Assembly (NCBI GenBank): GCA_020632265.1
Contig: JACKFW010000001.1
Span: 465,892 to 529,891 of the forward strand
Direction of reading: 5' to 3'
Length of the DNA: 64,000 bases
From: Pseudomonadales bacterium
Lineage (GTDB): Bacteria; Patescibacteriota; Microgenomatia; UBA1400; PJMF01
The position numbers were made by a program, and so were the translations under genes. Shown piece by piece: positions 59,003 through 64,000 of the stretch. Under the pieces are notes generated by a model that was not told where the DNA came from, searched no databases, and was given only the letters and a program-made list of their open reading frames with translations. Numbering within the stretch: the stretch's first letter is position 1; the number at the start of each line of letters is the position of its first letter.

Positions 59003-59086
59003 GGAGAGCTGGCAGAGTGGTCAATCGCAACGGTCTTGAAAACCGTGACCTTTATGGTCTCGTGGGTTCGAATCCCTCGCTCTCCG
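59003..59086 (+). tRNA. tRNA-Ser (anticodon TGA)
   Basis: Acceptor GGAGAGC/GCTCTCC, anticodon stem ACGGT/ACCGT, loop CTTGAAA, long variable arm, and a T-arm with one T-T mismatch. Confidence 0.6.
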
Positions 59087-59094
59087 CAAATAAC

Positions 59095-59769
59095 ATGACT
59101 ACACATCAACTCACAGAAAAATTAGTTGCAGATATTGAAAAAAAGTCTGATGATCATTCATTGTTTATTGTTGCCATCAGTGGACTAGATGCTTCAGGAA
59201 AATCTCAAATAGCTGAAGTTTTAGCAAGGAAACTTGAAGATAGAAAAAAAAATGTTCTCAGTGTGTCAGGGGATTCATTTCAATTTCCACGTGAGTACAA
59301 GGAGGATTTTCAGGAAAAAGACTGGACCACTCAACACATAAGAAGAACAATCAATTTTGAAAAAATGACCACTGAATTATTCCAGCCTCTGCAAGCTTTG
59401 CCAAATACTTTGCAATTAGATATTGTCAATTATGACACAAAAGAAAAAGTAAAAACTGCTGTCTCATTACAATACCCGCTAATTCTCATTGTTGAGAGTA
59501 TTTATCTCTTTTCTCATAAAATGATGCCATACTTTGATTATAAAATTTTTCTTGATATTTCAATTGCAGAAGCTTTAAAGAGAGCAACTTTACGAAAAAG
59601 AGATTTGGAGCTTTATGGTAGTGCAGATGGGATTCAGCAAAAATATGAAACTAAAAACTTTCCGGGATATCTCGAATTTGATAAGCAGGAGAACCCAAAA
59701 AGCCTTTCAGATGTTGTCATAGATAATAATGATTGGCAAAACCCAGTAATAATTAAAGGTGAGTTATAA
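59095..59769 (+). CDS. uridine kinase/phosphoribulokinase-family P-loop kinase
   Basis: The listed ORF 59017..59769 begins inside the tRNA. The likely start is ATG 59095 (MTTHQLTEK...) with Walker A ISGLDASGKSQ. Confidence 0.55.
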   Translation: MTTHQLTEKLVADIEKKSDDHSLFIVAISGLDASGKSQIAEVLARKLEDRKKNVLSVSGDSFQFPREYKEDFQEKDWTTQHIRRTINFEKMTTELFQPLQALPNTLQLDIVNYDTKEKVKTAVSLQYPLILIVESIYLFSHKMMPYFDYKIFLDISIAEALKRATLRKRDLELYGSADGIQQKYETKNFPGYLEFDKQENPKSLSDVVIDNNDWQNPVIIKGEL

Positions 59770-59777
59770 CGACGCAC

Positions 59778-59802
59778 GGGTTCCAGAACTGGGTGATCCG
59801 CA
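59778..59802 (+). repeat. variant-C core repeat (plus orientation)
   Basis: gggttccagaactgggtgatccgca. The preceding ttataacgacgcacgggttccaga is identical to the reverse complement of 55687-55710. Confidence 0.6.
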
Positions 59803-59821
59803 ACAATAAACAAATTTACAT

Positions 59822-60310
59822 TTATTGTGATATTTTATTTAAAACTCCCTTTTCCAAACGATCAATAAGCAACCAAATAACCATAGATACTATCATCGCA
59901 ATCCAAAGCATAAAAAACAAGAAAGTAAATTCTATACCTTGAGTAATTGTAATAATGAAAAATCCTACAATATTTAATACAAATATGAATCCAATAACTA
60001 ACTTTTTAGAAACTTTAATATTAATATTAAAAACTCGTTCAGCGATAAATAAAAATATTGCATAAATAAAGTATAATTTATAAAAAATATTCATTACATC
60101 ATCTTTAGTGTGCAGACCATCAGGAACATGTAATTGCTTAAAGAATAAAGTATCTGCACCAAGTATATTTAATGACATAAGAATAATGACAAAATTAGTA
60201 ATAACTATGAAAGTTTCTGGAGCTTTTTTTAAAAAAAATAAAAAATATGAAAAAATATTTAATAACAACTTTATGCCAGAATTTAGTGAATCTAATTTTA
60301 TTGAAACCAT
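59822..60310 (-). CDS. hypothetical polytopic membrane protein
   Basis: 162 aa with 4 TM helices. Confidence 0.4.
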   Translation of the reverse strand: MVSIKLDSLNSGIKLLLNIFSYFLFFLKKAPETFIVITNFVIILMSLNILGADTLFFKQLHVPDGLHTKDDVMNIFYKLYFIYAIFLFIAERVFNINIKVSKKLVIGFIFVLNIVGFFIITITQGIEFTFLFFMLWIAMIVSMVIWLLIDRLEKGVLNKISQ

Positions 60311-60393
60311 ATAAAATCAGTATAACATTGCTTTAGACTAACTCTAAGTAAGTTTTGACTCAGATATTGAAAACAACTTTTTCCCAATTGATT

Positions 60394-60426
60394 AAAGTTC
60401 TAATTTCATCCCATGCTCCCTAGCAC
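60394..60426 (+). repeat. variant-B core repeat
   Basis: aaagttctaatttcatcccatgctccctagca. Confidence 0.6.
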
Positions 60427-60452
60427 ATACATCTTTATGCTACAATTTTTAT

Positions 60453-61091
60453 ATGAAAACAGCACGCATCTACGTTTTTGGTGATAGTTTGACTTACGGA
60501 GCGTGGGATAGCCAAGGTGGTTGGTGCGATAGAATCAAGCGCAAACTCCACGAGCTAAAACTTACTCCAAATTCTGATCATAAATTTCAAATGTTTAATT
60601 TGGGTATTGGTGGAGAAAACTCCAGATCTTTATCTAAAAGATTTGAAAGCGAACTTACCAATAGATGCCGTGAAGATTGGCCTGCCGTGATAATAATAGC
60701 TACTGGAGCAAATAATTCCCTTTTCACCAAATCGGACAAAAATCCTGTTGTATCTATTGAAGAATTTCAACAAGACTTAGAAAAAATCATCAATACTGCA
60801 AAAAAATATACAAATAAAATCTTATTTGTAGGAATAGCACCTGTTGAGAATGACCTTCAACCATTTAAAAACTCACTACATAGCAATGAGCTACTAAAAA
60901 AATACGATGATGTAGTAACTTTTGTCACTAACAATTACTACATATCGAAGATTAATGTCTGGGAAAAGTTCAAGTCTGCAACTGAGCATTTGTATTCAAT
61001 AGACAGTGTTCATCCAAATGACAATGGTCATAAAATAATTGAACAACTTGTTTGGGCAGAATTATCAAAAATTCTTCTAGAAAAGGGTTGA
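60453..61091 (+). CDS. SGNH/GDSL-family hydrolase
   Basis: 212 aa with block I IYVFGDSLTYGAWD (catalytic Ser) and a C-terminal DSVHPN (DxxH). Confidence 0.7.
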   Translation: MKTARIYVFGDSLTYGAWDSQGGWCDRIKRKLHELKLTPNSDHKFQMFNLGIGGENSRSLSKRFESELTNRCREDWPAVIIIATGANNSLFTKSDKNPVVSIEEFQQDLEKIINTAKKYTNKILFVGIAPVENDLQPFKNSLHSNELLKKYDDVVTFVTNNYYISKINVWEKFKSATEHLYSIDSVHPNDNGHKIIEQLVWAELSKILLEKG

Positions 61092-61141
61092 TTTTTCTTC
61101 AGGAAATACTCCAATTTTATCCCCCACTCTTTGTAAATGAA

Positions 61142-61954
61142 TTAGTAAGAAAATGTTTCTAAAATTTTCAATGCTGTATTAACATCTGTTGAATTAACAA
61201 ATTTATCTGACATCATATAAACACTTTCCATCCCATTTATTTTTGAAACAAATTCACCAGTTATCATTGTAGTTCCTTGAGTATTTAAACCATCAAACCC
61301 ATAGCAAATGTTGTTCCAACAACGCTGAGCAGGAATAACGTTGAAACGAATGTTTCCAGTAGAACTAAATTCTTTGTTTGGCTGAAGTCCATTCAACACT
61401 ACATATAGTGGCTTATTATAAAAGTTTAATGTCGCTAATGTTTGATTTTCAATGTTATTTTTTTGACATTCTTCATCACATCCACCTCCTAAACCATCAA
61501 TATTAGTCCTTATTCTTAATAAAAAATTATTAGGAGACAATAATTGAATATCACCCATGCTCCACTCAGAATTAGAATTTTCAACGTTATTTTCTTCTAA
61601 CTTCCAGTCGGGCGGATAATTAAAGCTAAGTTTTTCATTAAATATTTTGTATGATTTCCACTCATCATTTGAAGTAATATCTTGCATATTTTTTAACTCA
61701 GATTCAATATTTTGATTATCTATAAATGAATTAGAACTGTCATTAATTTTGTCAAAATCTAAAACTGAATTATGCAAATCAGATAATTTTAATTCTAAAT
61801 TTGATATTTTTTGTCTTATTAAAATATTTTGAAAAAACAAATAGGAGATTCCAAATATTAGCAAGAAAAAAACTACGATTGTTAAATATAATCGTATATT
61901 ATTTTTCTTTGAATCACTAACTTTGCTGGAATTATCTTCAAAACTGTCGCTCAT
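61142..61954 (-). CDS. hypothetical secreted/membrane-anchored protein
   Basis: 270 aa with an N-terminal TM/signal segment and 4 Cys in the C-terminal half. Confidence 0.4.
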   Translation of the reverse strand: MSDSFEDNSSKVSDSKKNNIRLYLTIVVFFLLIFGISYLFFQNILIRQKISNLELKLSDLHNSVLDFDKINDSSNSFIDNQNIESELKNMQDITSNDEWKSYKIFNEKLSFNYPPDWKLEENNVENSNSEWSMGDIQLLSPNNFLLRIRTNIDGLGGGCDEECQKNNIENQTLATLNFYNKPLYVVLNGLQPNKEFSSTGNIRFNVIPAQRCWNNICYGFDGLNTQGTTMITGEFVSKINGMESVYMMSDKFVNSTDVNTALKILETFSY

Positions 61955-62012
61955 AAAAACTTGTTGATTTTCATTTATTTTATAATTTTACATGATTTAT
62001 TTGACAAAACGC

Positions 62013-62040
62013 AATTCCAATTTGATCCCACACTCTCTTC
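62013..62040 (+). repeat. degenerate variant-B core repeat
   Basis: aattccaatttgatcccacactctcttc. Confidence 0.45.
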
Positions 62041-62293
62041 AAGAACAAAAAGTATTTTTGACACGTCAAATACTACTAAATTATCAATTTTTTGTCCAAA
62101 ATTGACTAACTTTTCAAAATAATAGAGCCATATTTGCTAAGAAAGAATTGGAAAAAATGCTAGAAGATCAGAAAACTCAAGAAAGCTAATAATTCTCAGT
62201 TCTCTTTCAGTTTCATAAGTTATATTACCAATACTGTTAACAGTATTAATTATCATTAGATGTAATTCATCTGAGACACAAAGGTATAAAATT

Positions 62294-62734
62294 ATGAAAA
62301 TGAAAACAGCATTACTAGGAGTTGTTTTAGTCGGTGGAGTAATGAGCATATCTCCAAGTTTAGTTTCCGCTTATCAAGGTAATCCAAATGTCCAAGGACC
62401 AAATTATTCATCAGTAAGACATGAGGCAATAAACCAAGCTTTCAGCAATGGTGATTACAATTCATGGAAACAACAAATGGAAGGAAACGGGGCTACCAAT
62501 CGAATAACTGAAACTAACTTCCTTCGCTTTGCAGAAGCTCACAAACTAGCAACTCAAGGAGATCTTGAGGGCGCGAAAAAAATCAGAGAAGAACTTGGAT
62601 TAGGACTTAAAGATGGCTCTGGTCAAAAGAATGGTTTAAATCGAAACCACGATATGAATCAAAACCAAAATTCTGGTCAGCATAAACAAAACAGCATTGG
62701 TCTTAAAAGAAGCTTTAATCAAGATAAAAACTAA
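62294..62734 (+). CDS. small secreted protein
   Basis: 146 aa with a signal peptide (MKMKTALLGVVLVGGVMSISPSLVSA), Gln/Asn-rich. Confidence 0.45.
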   Translation: MKMKTALLGVVLVGGVMSISPSLVSAYQGNPNVQGPNYSSVRHEAINQAFSNGDYNSWKQQMEGNGATNRITETNFLRFAEAHKLATQGDLEGAKKIREELGLGLKDGSGQKNGLNRNHDMNQNQNSGQHKQNSIGLKRSFNQDKN

Positions 62735-62769
62735 TTTATTTTTACTCTTAAATAAGTAAATTAGTGTTT

Positions 62770-62796
62770 AAAAACCTCCACAAATGTGGAGGTTTT
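62770..62796 (+). terminator. rho-independent terminator
   Basis: aaaacctccacaaatgtggaggttttt. Confidence 0.6.
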
Positions 62797-62835
62797 TATT
62801 TGATAGTTTGTGGCATAATATAATACATCAATCGT

Positions 62836-64000
62836 ATGAAGAAATTACTAATAATTATAAATACATTTTTAATTTGTTTTTTCTTAAGTTTTTGTTACAA
62901 CAACAATTTCATAAATGCACAAACATCAGATTTAGAAACGAATGCTATTGAACCGCAAGTACTAAATTTATTGGCAAACGATACTAAATCACAAACAACA
63001 GAAAATATATTAGATGATAATTCAAAGCAAACATCACAAATAAATGAAACATATGAGCTTGCCAAAGTAACTGAAATTATAAGTCAAAAAATAATCCCAA
63101 TTGAAGGTCAATATTTTTACATTCAAAATGTAAAAATTAAGCCCAATTCTTCCGAAAATGAACAAGAGCTTACTATTGGTAGTGAATTTCAACCTTTAAA
63201 CGAAAATCAATTATTATCAGTTGGATCAAAAGTAATTATTTCTCAACAAACATCAATGGAAAATCAAACAGAATTAGTCATAAATGATGTATATCGTATT
63301 CCAGTTTTAATTATACTTACTATTATATTCATTATTTTAGTTGTGATGATTGGAGGAAGACAAGGAGCTTTATCAATTGCTGGTATGATTTTTAGTTTAT
63401 TTGTATTAGTTTTATTTATTGTCCCTCGTATTTTGAATGGAGAGAATCCATTTTTTATAACTCTAATTGGAGCTACATTAACTTCGGTAGTAACCATGTA
63501 TGTATCTCATGGGGTTAAAAGACAAACTCATATAGCACTTATTTCAATGCTAATTTGCTTGGGACTTGCAGCAGTTTTGTCAATGAGCGCCGTTCAGCTT
63601 GGTCGTTTTGTGGGTTTAGGATCAGAAGATGCGGCCTATTTACAATTTGGTACCACTCAAAAAATCAACCTGCAAGGACTGTTGTTAGCAGGAATTCTAT
63701 TGGGAACGCTAGGAATTCTGGATGATATTACCTTAGCTCAAACCTCTGTTATTGAACAACTACGAGCTGTAAATAATAAATTAAGTTTTTCTGAATTATA
63801 CTCCAGAGGCTTGGAAGTTGGAAAAGACCATGTGGCATCATTAGTAAATACTCTGATATTTGCTTATGCCGGAACTAGTCTGCCGTTGTTTCTTTTATTT
63901 ACACTCTACAGAACACAACCAACTTGGGTAATAATAAATTCCGAAATCATTGCTGAAGAAATTATTAGAACCCTAGTCGGATCAATTGCTCTAGTAATGG
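62836..64000 (+). CDS. YibE/F-like polytopic membrane protein (3' end beyond window)
   Basis: An open frame runs from ATG 62836 to the window end. It has a signal/TM segment, an extracellular region of about 170 aa, then at least 6 TM helices. It is absent from the ORF track because no stop lies in the window. Confidence 0.5.
   Translation, partial: MKKLLIIINTFLICFFLSFCYNNNFINAQTSDLETNAIEPQVLNLLANDTKSQTTENILDDNSKQTSQINETYELAKVTEIISQKIIPIEGQYFYIQNVKIKPNSSENEQELTIGSEFQPLNENQLLSVGSKVIISQQTSMENQTELVINDVYRIPVLIILTIIFIILVVMIGGRQGALSIAGMIFSLFVLVLFIVPRILNGENPFFITLIGATLTSVVTMYVSHGVKRQTHIALISMLICLGLAAVLSMSAVQLGRFVGLGSEDAAYLQFGTTQKINLQGLLLAGILLGTLGILDDITLAQTSVIEQLRAVNNKLSFSELYSRGLEVGKDHVASLVNTLIFAYAGTSLPLFLLFTLYRTQPTWVIINSEIIAEEIIRTLVGSIALVM

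Noticed and set aside
63264-63497. 77-aa minus-strand ORF.
   Set aside because: It is antisense to, and contained within, the long uninterrupted plus-strand membrane-protein frame 62836-64000.
1-64000. Alternative genetic code (e.g. UGA recoding, as in some CPR lineages).
   Set aside because: Long ORFs with recognisable products terminate at TAA, TAG and TGA alike, and none needs read-through.

Overview
This is a very AT-rich bacterial window with many small hypothetical ORFs, membrane proteins and one 2191-aa giant protein. The gene content suggests a reduced-genome (possibly Patescibacteria/CPR-like) organism, which is inference only. All three stop codons terminate long ORFs, so the standard code is assumed.

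Housekeeping genes recognisable by motif:
- trxB (partial), trxA and a CsoR/CstR-family repressor with a palindromic operator
- dnaG
- an FTR1/EfeU iron permease
- two NUDIX hydrolases, maf, ahcY and a PfkB kinase
- tatA/tatC
- proS
- a uridine-kinase-like P-loop kinase and a GDSL hydrolase

There are five tRNA genes: Ser-GCT, Ser-GGA, Ser-CGA, Ser-TGA and an Arg with the unusual anticodon GCG.

The main finding is that three of the four tRNA-Ser genes each anchor an array of short, mostly single-gene cassettes. The cassette genes run co-directionally with their tRNA. Nearly every cassette is bounded by a conserved 25-95 bp repeat. The 5' core of that repeat (GGTTCYARnnn...CNCTCCGCA) is a diverged copy of the tRNA-Ser T-arm plus 3' acceptor end.

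The tRNA-Ser(GGA) array sits beside a large serine recombinase and a Rep_1-type rolling-circle initiator. It is closed by a perfect 20-bp copy of the tRNA 3' end, giving an island of about 12.9 kb (8.9-21.8 kb). This looks like an integron-like cassette system built on tRNA-Ser att sites and a serine recombinase rather than IntI/attC. It may be previously undescribed.

A roughly 135-bp module ending in the tRNA-Ser(CGA) 3'-end 17-mer occurs three times. A copy of the tRNA-Ser(GGA) att flank sits inverted inside the tRNA-Ser(CGA) array, which implies exchange between arrays.

Other notable items:
- A 2191-aa cytoplasmic protein with a GHKL/Hsp90-like ATPase domain lies between an IS-end remnant and the second array.
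- Cassette cargo includes a Fic/Doc protein.
- There is a decayed IS3-family element plus two solo IS-end remnants.
- There is a GIY-YIG-NUDIX fusion.
- There is a GC-rich structured element upstream of the rep operon.
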